From contig JBHGNT010000005.1 of NCBI GenBank assembly GCA_043228905.1, positions 6,882,001 to 6,946,000 on the forward strand: DNA of 64,000 nucleotides, written 5' to 3'. The stretch is from Azolla caroliniana (lineage: Eukaryota; Plantae; Polypodiophyta). Below are positions 38,118 to 49,160 of this stretch, piece after piece; position 1 is the stretch's first letter, and every line of letters begins with the position of its first letter. The notes beneath the pieces were generated by a model. The model did no database searches and was not told the origin of the DNA. It saw only the letters and a list, made by a program, of their open reading frames with translations. The position numbers and the translations under genes are program-made.

Positions 38118-38394
38118 TAGTGAGTCTCTATTGTAACCGTCGCCAGGCGAAGATTGTGAGCAAGAGGTCATTGGCTCTGTGTTCCTTTTGTTGTATTCTT
38201 CTAGACATAGTGATAGTTTGGAGCTAGTGGGCTCCCGTGGTTTTTCCCATTTAGGGTTTTCCACGTAAACATCCTGTGTACTCTCTCTTTCTCTATTGTT
38301 TGTGTGTATACGTGCATTTCTTCCTATTCCCATATTTCTATGGTTGATCCTAAGACTCGGTTGTGGCCGAGCAATATTCCGCATATTCCTGTCA

Positions 38395-39082
38395 CTAATG
38401 ACTAGAATATTCTGATTCTAAAATGTGTTATACTCTAGATTATAGAATACTAAACTATTATTACAAATACATGCTCATATCAAAATGGTTGAGCATGATA
38501 TTTTGTTGATGTGAGGTTGTAGGTTCAACCCTCACCAACTATGTATTTCATGCCATTGTGTCGTAACAATATCCTCCCCTTTACGACTGCCTTTTCAAAA
38601 GTGTGGTGTAGGGGGCGAACGGGAATTGGAGCACTGACGAGCGTGAGCGACCATGTGTTGTCCTCACTAGAGACTAGAATACCAATGGACGTGAGTGAAC
38701 ATGTACGGTCCTCAACGGAGACACGAACACCAATAGACGTGAGCAACCATGTGCAGTCCTCACCGGAGACACGAACATCAACGAACATGAGCGACCAAGG
38801 AGGTTACAAAAAATTATACAAGTTCCGAGATTGAATATCTCTAGAATATACTCAAGAAATATCTCTAGAATATACCCGTCTAGAATATATGATACAATAT
38901 TTCTAGAATATACTAACGACTAGAATATTCTGATTATGAAATGTGTATACGCTAGACTATAGAATACTAAATTATTACTACAAATACATCATATCAAAAT
39001 GGTTGAGCATGACATCTTGTTGATGTGAGGTTGCAGGTTCAACCCTCACCAACTATGTATTTCATGTCATTGTGTTGTGACA
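38395..39082 (-). mobile_element. Deleted LTR element: two partial LTRs (38395-38568 and ~38835-39082), PPT and ~57-bp repeats between them
   Basis: Direct repeat of ~170 bp; minus strand reads AAGGGGAGGATAT then TGTTACGACA; about 3.5 repeats at 38635-38800. Confidence 0.75.
38471..38540 (+). ncRNA. tRNA-like (Pol III A/B box) sequence in LTR; second copy at 38988-39052
   Basis: TATCAAAATGGTTGAGC...GAGGTTGTAGGTTCAACCC at tRNA spacing; not a functional tRNA. Confidence 0.55.
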
Positions 39083-39958
39083 AAAGGTTAGTTTAAATAC
39101 TAACTAGTCTAGGGCAATTGCCCTTTCTATTATTTACAAAACTAGCCCAGTATGTCCATTGGCTAGTGTTAAAGCACTTCATTGGGGAAGTTGAGTTTGA
39201 TTCTCAACCTACCCCTTCGAACACAACTTTCGGATGCCATAAAATTGATTTTGTTCGGTCTTCAAAATACTTTGATTTGGTTGAATCGGCATTGACTTTC
39301 GAATTACTTCGATTCGGTTGTCCGGTTGTGTTCGGATGATTAGTTAGGATGGTTTCGACTATTCGATTGCTTTGTGCTCCTTGTTCTGCTCGACTGTCAT
39401 TATCATACTTTGATTCCCCTAGTTGGCTTTGATCGATTGATCGGCTATTGCTATTCTTCGGTACTCCCCCTGAAGCTCGAAAATGTAGAAATCGTGTCAC
39501 CAAAGTCCGATGTAAATTTCCCGAGCTTGTCACTTCTAAGGCTTTTGTGAAGATGTCGGCAAACTGAAGGTTCGTGCTGGTGTGTTTTAGATCGACATCA
39601 CCAGGTTGAATGCGCTCTCAGATGAAGTGATAGTGTATTTCAATGTGCTTAGTCCGCACGTGGAACACCGGGTTCCGAGCCAGATGAATGTAACTGCTCA
39701 TATTGTCGTAGTACAGGAGAAACAGATCCTTGATGGGAACGCCCAGATCCTTTAGTATACATGTCAATCAAATGGCTTTGCATGCAGCAACAATCGCGCC
39801 TTGTATTCAGCCTCTGTGCTCGACAATGCGACTGTTGGTTGCTTCTTGCTATTCCACGAGATGGCTCCGCTACCGAGGGAGAAGAAGAATCCCAATGTTG
39901 ATAATCTATTGGTTTTATAGCCAACCTGTAAAGAATCGGATGGATGATTCTATGTGCA

Positions 39959-41448
39959 ACGGAAGAAATGTGTGTGTGTGTGTGTGGAGAGAGAGAGATA
40001 GAGAGTGTGTGAGTTATAGAAAAACAAAAAATTGCATTAACAAGGAGACAAGAATAACCAACAACATACAAAGAGAAGGAGAAGGTGCTTATGTAGTCAC
40101 CTTCTCTCTAAGTTCCCTTACTAGTACCGCTGTCGTAGTGTGAATCACACACTACGTGAAATATGTAAAAATACTATATCCGATTTAAAGTACGTATAAT
40201 AAATAAAATAAAATATTAAAAATATTTATTACGTGCATACAGCAAGATTCAAACCTACGGAAGAAATGTGTGTGTGTGTGTGTGGAGAGAGAGAGATAGA
40301 GAGTGTGTGAGTTATAGAAAAACAAAAAATTGCATTAACAAGGAGACAAGAATAACCAACAACATACAAAGAGAAGGAGAAGGTGCTTATGTAGTCACCT
40401 TCTCTCTAAGTTCCCTTACTAGTACCGCTGTCGTAGTGTGAATCACACACTACGTGAAATATGTAAAAATACTATATCCGATTTAAAGTACGTATAATAA
40501 ATAAAATAAAATATTAAAAATATTTATTACGTGCATACAACAAGATTCAAACCTACGGAAGAAATGTGTGTGTGTGTGTGTGGAGAGAGAGAGATAGAGA
40601 GTGTGTGAGTTATAGAAAAACAAAAAATTGCATTAACAAGGAGACAAGAATAACCAACAACATACAAAGAGAAGGAGAAGGTGCTTATGTAGTCACCTTC
40701 TCTCTAAGTTCCCTTACTAGTACCGCTGTCGTAGTGTGAATCACACACTACGTGAAATATGTAAAAATACTATATCCGATTTAAAGTACGTATAATAAAT
40801 AAAATAAAATATTAAAAATATTTATTACGTGCATACAGCAAGATTCAAACCTACGGAAGAAATGTGTGTGTGTGTGTGTGGAGAGAGAGAGATAGAGAGT
40901 GTGTGAGTTATAGAAAAACAAAAAATTGCATTAACAAGGAGACAAGAATAACCAACAACATACAAAGAGAAGGAGAAGGTGCTTATGTAGTCACCTTCTC
41001 TCTAAGTTCCCTTACTAGTACCGCTGTCGTAGTGTGAATCACACACTACGTGAAATATGTAAAAATACTATATCCGATTTAAAGTACGTATAATAAATAA
41101 AATAAAATATTAAAAATATTTATTACGTGCATACAGCAAGATTCAAACCTACGGAAGAAATGTGTGTGTGTGTGTGTGGAGAGAGAGAGATAGAGAGTGT
41201 GTGAGTTATAGAAAAACAAAAAATTGCATTAACAAGGAGACAAGAATAACCAACAACATACAAAGAGAAGGAGAAGGTGCTTATGTAGTCACCTTCTCTC
41301 TAAGTTCCCTTACTAGTACCGCTGTCGTAGTGTGAATCACACACTACGTGAAATATGTAAAAATACTATATCCGATTTAAAGTACGTATAATAAATAAAA
41401 TAAAATATTAAAAATATTTATTACGTGCATACATCAAGATTCAAACCC
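39959..41448. repeat. Tandem array of 5 x 298 bp spanning the Copia-LTR/Gypsy-LTR junction
   Basis: Units start at 39959, 40257, 40555, 40853 and 41151; nearly identical. Confidence 0.97.
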
Positions 41449-41492
41449 TATACCCCCACATAGACAAACCCCAACCTTACCATTGTACTAAC
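41430..41492 (-). ncRNA. tRNA-like Pol III promoter in the Z 5' LTR
   Basis: Minus strand TAGTACAATGGTAAGG...GGGTTTGAATC; absent from the 3' LTR, which is ~250 bp shorter here. Confidence 0.6.
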
Positions 41493-42063
41493 TTATCCTA
41501 AGTGTTTTAAATGTAGATTTAATACATATAAGGCCTTTATTTATGCCTACCTTTATTAAAAGGGAAGTCATGCATTTTTTAGAATGCGTGAATACTTTAT
41601 TTATAAGAAAAATGTACACCAATAAAAAAATGACTTGTGCACATCTAGCGAGCATGAGCACTATATTTAGGAAATAAAAGCATAGTGTAAAAAGGCAACT
41701 CATGCACATTTAGTGTGCATGAACACTTTAGAAAAAATAAGCATGAAGCTATGCTTAGCCTCTTCCATCCTTATATAAGGAGGAGAGAAAGATGTATGGG
41801 GGTTGTTGATTATTTTACAAGGATTGATTAATAAAAAAAATATTCGTGGGATTCACGATTTTGCCATCTATTTCTCTCTTACATTCTAAGTATCAATTAA
41901 TACACTATACTCGTGGGATTCACGAGTTTTTCATATCTTTCTTTCTTACCACATATATTTCATATTCTTAATTATCTTAGAATTTTTTTTTCTCCTAGTC
42001 CAAAATCTCGATGGTTCCCACCCGATTCACGGAACGATTCGGAGCCGAAAGGCACGACAGAAG

Positions 42064-42081
42064 TGGTGAACCCGACGTGAA
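42064..42081 (+). promoter_or_regulatory. PBS tRNA-Trp (element Z)
   Basis: TGGTGAACCCGACGTGAA. Confidence 0.9.
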
Positions 42082-42082
42082 C

Positions 42083-44140
42083 ATGGGTGGCAAGGAGATG
42101 GAAAATCAACCGGAGGCTAACAACATGATGATGATGTTCGAGCGGATGCTTCAGGAACAACGTGCGATGTCGGAGATAGCGGCGGCAGTAGAGTGGCTCG
42201 TGCAACGAATCAGGCAATTCAACGGAAAGGACGTATCACGCTATCTTCAGGACTACAAGGCGGAAATGTTACAGTGCGGGATTTCGGAAGGATTGCAAGT
42301 GGCATCCTTCAACCGAGTGGCTACCGACGGGCTTCAAGCAAGTATCCACAGGCTACGAAAACAAAATCTGACATGGGAAGCATTTGAAGAGGCGCTAAAG
42401 ACCACGTTCGCTATCAAGGACTCCTCTAAGGCAACGCGGAGAGGATTCGAGGATTGGGTGGAAACGCCGGACAAGGGTATGAAGGTCCTTGATGTGTTTT
42501 CGGCATTCGAAAGTCGGTTCGGGAGGTTGTCTGCGAGAGATCAAGCTATCCTTGCATCGGACAAAGTTATCATGTTCTTACGAGCCGTAGACATTCGGGA
42601 CCGGAAGGATCTTGGAGTGCTTCTAGAGGACATGAATACCGAGAGTGGCCTCATCGAAACATGGGAAAGCGTGCGAGATATCGTTGCGCGATACACAAAG
42701 AGGGGGCAATGGCTTGCCAACGAAGAAAAGAGGGTTTCAGAACCGATTCCGAAATCGAGATCCGGATTGGAAGACCATCAACCGCGGGCTCGGGAAGCTA
42801 CGACCGAGAAGGGAATTGACGCAACTACAGTGGAGCAGTTGCTGAAGGAAATGGAGAATCTAGAAATCACGATGGTGAAGAAGTCAGATGACCGTCCCAC
42901 AAGTTCCAAGTATATGGATCGTCGGTGCATATGGTGCGATAGCACCGAACATGATCGGAGGGATTGCGACGAGCACAAGGAAGCGCTACGATGGGATCTT
43001 TTCTGCTACGAGGGAAATCAGATTCATTTGATGGACTCTCGGAAGCCGCTCTGACCGAACTTCCGAAAAGGCGGCATGAAGAAGGTCCTAGAGGAGGAAA
43101 TAGCGGCGAAGAGCAATTACGCGACAACCGCGGGAATACGTGTCGTGGAGTCATCGGGAGCAAAGGGGTTTTTTTGGCCGGAAGTGTTAGAAAACACCGA
43201 GAAAACCGACTCTAACGAGATCCGAAGCACCGCGGAAGGCATACAGGAAGCTACGAGATGGGAGTGCCCCGTCGATAAGAATAGCGTATACGCCCTATGT
43301 CAATTACATGAGGTGTATGTGGACGAGAAGCGGTGACGCATGGAGGATGCGGCTGGACCATCGAAGACACCAGAGAGTTGGAACTCCGACGGAAGAGGGA
43401 AAGGAAAAACGATTCCGACATTCAAACTCGCTTCGGACATCAAGCAATGGACGGACATAAAGAAAGTGTTCGAGGAGAGAATCCTCGATAGCCGGGTAGA
43501 TTTTTCACATCGGGAACTACTTGGAATAGCCAAAAAGGAGGTCCATGATCTTCTTGTGGATCTCGTAAAAAGAAAAAGACAAACTACAGAGGAAATTGTG
43601 CCGATGGTGAATGCAAATACCGTTTTGATGAGCGACACCGAAGTGGAGGACGAGATTCCGAATTCCCACTATACAAAGCCACACTGGGTGCGTGCAACCA
43701 CGGAGACTCCGGTCCGAATCGGCAACATCAAAGAGCCTGTACTAGCATTGATTGATCACGGATCGGAGATCAATTTGATGTCCAAGGAGTTCTACCGGAA
43801 GGGGAAGTGGCCTATAAACACTAACCATGGATGGAAGATCCAGGCAACCACTAAAGCAACGGAAGATCTATTTGTGGCTTGTTCGGATGTGACGGTGAAG
43901 ATCGGGGATGTCGAGATCGACCAAAATTTCTTCGTACAAGATGAGGTCTCACACTCCGTAATCCTCGAGCAACCCTTTATCACGGCATCACGGATGGAGA
44001 CGAAGGTGCTCGATAGCGGTGCGGCTTTTGCACGAATTCGTAGCCAAAACGGAGGGAAATCCGTCCAATTTCTAACGGTGCTGGCAAATCATGAAAGGAA
44101 CAAGAGAGAGCTCTTGTCCCAAACAAGGATGGATTTTTAG
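42083..44140 (+). pseudogene. Gag-protease ORF of Z (two internal stops)
   Basis: FNGKDVSRYL, CIWCDSTEH...C, LIDHGSEIN; ends DF*. Confidence 0.88.
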
Positions 44141-47100
44141 AGCGGACTATTGCGGAGTGGGGAAGTGATAGTTCGAGAAGCCCTAATACCCCACACAGGA
44201 AGAAAACTCTCGGAGCAAAACAAGTACGAATCGGTCCGGATGGGGCATCTACGTACACGGCCGTAACCGGAGGAATGAAGAAAGAATACCAAAAAGTGGT
44301 GGATAAGTTACGGTCGGCATCAATAATAAAAGAAGATGAAGAAATCGTGGGAATAGTCGAAGAAGTGTTCTATGGGAGCACGCTACAACGGCTTGAAGAG
44401 CTCGCGAAAGATACAAGCCAGGGAGACTGGGTAGTTCCGATGGAATCGGTCGAGATATACGAGATCATTGTGAAAATGGGGTCGAATGCGCTCTACAAAG
44501 AAGAAGCAATGGTAAGTACGAAATACAAGACCGTGGAGAAGAAGGTGCAACCGGTCGCGAGACCACTACCCGCCGATAGCAAACAAAAGAGGAAAGAAGT
44601 CTCGGGAGATCCGACACTTTGGAAGTCCGTGGATATCGGACATGCCTTCACGGATGAGACCCGGAAGAAACTTCGGATCGGTGGAGGTGGTTTCCTTTTA
44701 CAAAATGAAGAAGAACGATTCCGAGGGATGTTGGAACAAAATGGGGAAGCATTTACATTCACATCGAAGGAGATAGGGTGCGTTGATCCGAAGATAGTAG
44801 AGCCGATGGTGATCTTCACGATTGACCATGTGCCGTAGAACCTGAAGCCGATTCCGGTGCCACGAGTGCATATTCCGAAAGTCATCGACTTGCTCAAGGA
44901 GAAGGTGGCGATGGGGATTCTAGAGCCATCAAACGCTCCGTACTCAAATCGATGGTTTACGGTTCCAAAGAAGAATGGGTCACTCCGATTTATTCAAGAT
45001 TTGCAACCGGTGAACAAGGTCATGATCCGGAACTCCGGAGTCAGTCCGATAGTGGACAAATTTGCAGAAGCATTTGCCGGTCGCGCGATATACTCCATCG
45101 GAGACCTATACTCCGAATATGACCAATTCCAACTAGTTGTGGAGAGCCGAGACATCACTACCATGCGGACACCAATAGGATTAGTCCGGATGTGTACGCT
45201 ACCACAAGGCGCGACAAACTCGGTCGCACATATGATGAATGCAATGAACAAGGAGCTTCGAGACCGCATTCCGGAGATAATGATGCCGTTCCTAGATGAC
45301 ATTCCAATCAAAGGATGCGCGGTAGAAGAAAAAGAGGAAACTATGGATGATCGGGGATGCCGAAAGTTCGTAGTCGACCATATTCATGATTGCGAGAAAG
45401 TGCTTCGAAAATTAGAAGATGTGCACCTAACACTTTCCGGTGAGAAATCGGCATTCGGGCAAGAAGAAATATTGGTAGTCGGACATCTATGTGGGCCCTA
45501 CGGACGAAGACCGTCACCAACCAAGATCGACGCGATTCAAGCTATGAAAGAAGAATGTGGGTCACAATCCGAAGTCCAAATCTTTCTTGGAGCATGTGCG
45601 TTCTATCACATATGGATTCCACACTATGCACATATTGCGAACCCACTCTATCACTTGTTGCGGAAGGGTAAGAAGTTCGAATGGAAACCGGAGCATACCA
45701 AACCTGTGAAGAAGCTCAAGAAATCACTACGGAGGGAAAAAGAACTAAAGAAGCCGAACTATGACTGACCGATCATAGTAACGGTTGACACAAGTCCAAC
45801 CGGAATCGGATGGATCATCAATCAAGCCGACTCGGATGGTTCGCGATATCCGATCCGATTCGGAGCAAAGGTTCTCAATGATAGGCAACGCAAATATGCA
45901 CAAGTCAAAAGAGAATTATGGGGAGTCATGTCGGCAATCAAATCGGATCGAGATTATTTGATCGGAGCCGAAGTAATGATCAAAACGGATTGTCTTTCGA
46001 TACTCGGGATGATGCGGTGTTGCACGATACCGGATGTGGCTATGCTAAGATGGATTGCATATGTTAAGTCGCTTAGTCTGGAGGTACAACAGATCTCTGG
46101 AAAAGACAACGCGGTAGCGGATATGCTATGAAGGGCGCGGTTCGGAGATGACATAACCGAATTCGATAATGAAGAAGTTTCCAAAGACTACTTTGCTTCG
46201 GAGCACATATGACGGGTGAATGTAATCTGAGAATTCCGGGGAAGAAGAATACGAGGGAGAAAGCTTGTTGATCGGGAAAGTGCTACAAGAAATTGAGGAA
46301 TCATCGGACAATAAAGAGAAGAGAGCCGAGATCCGAAGTAAGAAGCGGAAAGTCCGAAAGTTCTTCTTGAAAAATGGATTATGGAGGGAGCCGAAAAGAC
46401 CGGATGGCATACCACTTTGGGTAGTCGGGACGAAAGAGCAACGAAACTAGATACTGTCCGAATTTCACGAATTCGATTGGGCTGGACATCGAGGAACGTG
46501 GGCAACTTTTGTGAAAATCAAACAAAAATATTGGTGGAAGAACATGTACAAAGATATAGCGGAGTTCACGGAAAGCTGCGAGAAGTGTCAAATCTACTTC
46601 GGAGTTTGACACCGAGATGAGTTACATCCGACATTCTCACCGACAATCAACTTCAAATGGATGGTCGATATTGTAGCCATGCCAACCGGGATCGGACAAA
46701 AGAAGTACTCGGTGTTAGCTCAGGAAGATCTCACAAACCAAGTAGAAGGTCAGGCGCTACAAAGGAAAACGTGTTCTGCGGTATGCCAATTCCTTTTGGA
46801 AGAAGTGTTTTGCAGGTACGGGTGCGTAGGACAAGTGATTGCGGATCGGGGAGAACTCGACTCTGATAAAGCTAAGGAATTCTTCACCAAACATGGAGTT
46901 CGGTTGACACTAACAACAACATACAATCTGGAGGCCAATGGGAAAATCGAACGAGGACATAGTCCGATCGTCAGAGCTGTTGTACGTTTTAGGGTTAGGG
47001 TTAAGGACGATGATGATTATCAATGACAAAGATAGACATGGCGTAATAGCGAAGATAATGGAGAGTATGATGGTAAGAGAGATTGGCATGAAGATGTTGA

Positions 47101-47203
47101 GAATCGTCGAGAAGCATTGTGGGGTGGGGGGTGGTGCCTAGAATGGCTCCACCCCCCTCCCAAGGGGGTTCAACATCGAGGGAGAGAGATAGGAAGAGAG
47201 ATG

Positions 47204-47268
<65 letters not shown>

Positions 47269-48237
47269 GATTCCTCCTTCTCATTCATTCCCCATAAGGG
47301 GGTTAAATAGTATAAGAGGGGGTAGATACAAAGGGGTGTAAGCCCCCTAGAGCATTCATACTGGACACTCACTCATACCTCCTCGTATCCATCCACATGC
47401 ACACACATGTGCATGTGTTCACATACGTATCGACTCACAATTACATTTATGCCCCCTACACATACACAACAACATTATGATAACATTCGACCCTCGCTCA
47501 TCACACTTGACTCTCTGTACATCTTGTACGGGGTAACAAAAGCACTTGCCAAAGCATGCGACGGAAGAGTGAAGGATTGGCCACAGATGCTTCTGTATGC
47601 ACTATGGGCAGATCGGACGACGCATAGCTTTGTAACTGGTTACATGCCAGCAAAACTCATGACCGGACAAGCACCGGTAATGCCAACGGAAACCACGATC
47701 GCGACATGGACGGTGCTACCATGGAAGGAAGAGATGAATCGGGAAGAACTACTAGTGGTCCGGATACGACAATTAGAGGGAAGACTGGAAGACATGGCGG
47801 AAGCAATACGCCGACAACAAGAAGCGCAACTCCGGAATAAAAGCCGGTTCGACACAAAGCACCGACTACGACCACGGAAGATTGAAGAAGGAGATTGGGT
47901 GATTGTCTACGACAGTAGTTTGGATCATCAACAAACAATGATGCGGAAGTTCGCGAAAAGGTGGTTCGGGCCATACGAGGTTCGGAAAGTTTTCGACAAT
48001 GGAATTTACCGACTATGCGAGTTGGATGGAACGATGCTACGAGTGCCTATAGCCGGGAAACGGGTGAAGATTTTCAAGAAGCGGACTGATGAAGAACCCT
48101 ATGTGATCCTAGACAAGACCGACAAGAAGGAGCAATCGGACAAAGATCATGGTGATGCAGAAAGCGAAGAAAGTGGATTACAACTCATAGTCGACTTAAG
48201 GGGAGAATTGGAGGAAGCTTCGGATGAAGGTGAATAG
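44131..48237 (+). pseudogene. Pol (RT, RNase H, integrase) of Z in the -1 frame; frameshift signal at 44131-44194
   Basis: LPQGATNSV, FLDDIPIKG, ADRGE, WFGPY. Confidence 0.9.
46978..47538. mobile_element. Solo LTR of another family inside the Z integrase
   Basis: TGTT...AACA termini; TSD AGAGC/AAAGC; integrase frame resumes after it; (GA)n tract. Confidence 0.82.
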
Positions 48238-49101
48238 CAAGCATCGGGGACTTCGGCACATACCGGAGGATGTGCGGGTTCGGAGGGGGCGAGTGTCGTA
48301 GTGTGAATCACACACTATGTGAAATATGTAAAAATACTATATCCGATTTAAAGTACGTATAATAAATAAAATAAAATATTAAAAATATTTATTACATGCA
48401 TAGGGTAGGAAAGAAGGATGGAAAAAGCAACTCATGCACATTTAGTGTGCATGAACACTTTAGAAAAAGCATGAAGTTATGCTCAGCCTCTTCCATCCTT
48501 ATATAAGGAGGAGAGAAAGATGTATGGGGGTTGTTGATTATTTTACAAGGATTGATTAATAATAAAAAAATTCGTGGGATTCACGATTTTGCCATCTATT
48601 TCTCTCTTACATTCTAAGTATCAATTAATATACTATACTCGTGGGATTCACGAGTTTTTCATATCTTTCTTTCTTACCACATATATTTCATATTCTTAAT
48701 TATCTTAGAATTTTCTTTTCTCCTAGTCCAAAACCTCGGTGGTTCCCACCCGATTCATGCAACGATCCAGAGCTAAAAGGCACAACACCGCCTCTTGGGA
48801 AAGAGTTTGTGTAACTACCTAAAGAATATCTGTCATAGAGCATTAACTTCTATGACACACTAGTTACTATATAAGGAGGTGGGGTGTTCACACACTTGAG
48901 TATCCTAGACTGTGTTCCTACACATGGGAAGTTGAGTTTGATTCCAATGTTGATCATCTATTGGTTTTATAACCAACTTGTAAAGAATCGAATGGATGAT
49001 TCTATGTGCAATGGAAGAAATGTGTGTGGTTTTATAACCAACTTGTAAAGAATCGAATGGATGATTCTATGTGCAATGGAAGAAATGTGTGTGTGTGTGT
49101 G

Positions 49102-49160
<59 letters not shown>

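Larger units (their letters stand above)
13955..38394 (+). mobile_element. Copia element C3 (RT, RNase H, PPT, 3' LTR 37796-38394), split by Gypsy W
   Basis: RT at 13955-14583 continues at 36668 (LKK.LY|GLKQAPRQW); PPT GAAGGGGGAGAT; LTR TGTTGGG...TGTCA. Confidence 0.88.
40131..48787 (+). mobile_element. Gypsy element Z (tRNA-Trp primed), full length, decayed
   Basis: 5' LTR ends 42059; 3' LTR 48294-48787; PBS 42064-42081; PPT GGAGGGGGCGAG; TSD CCGC. Confidence 0.93.

Noticed and set aside
46987-47002. Telomere-like TTTTAGGGTTAGGGTT
   Set aside because: Only about two units, inside a solo LTR; not an interstitial telomere array
47117-47341. Poly-ER and poly-SL ORFs (also 7502, 38033, 49061)
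   Set aside because: (GA)n microsatellite translations
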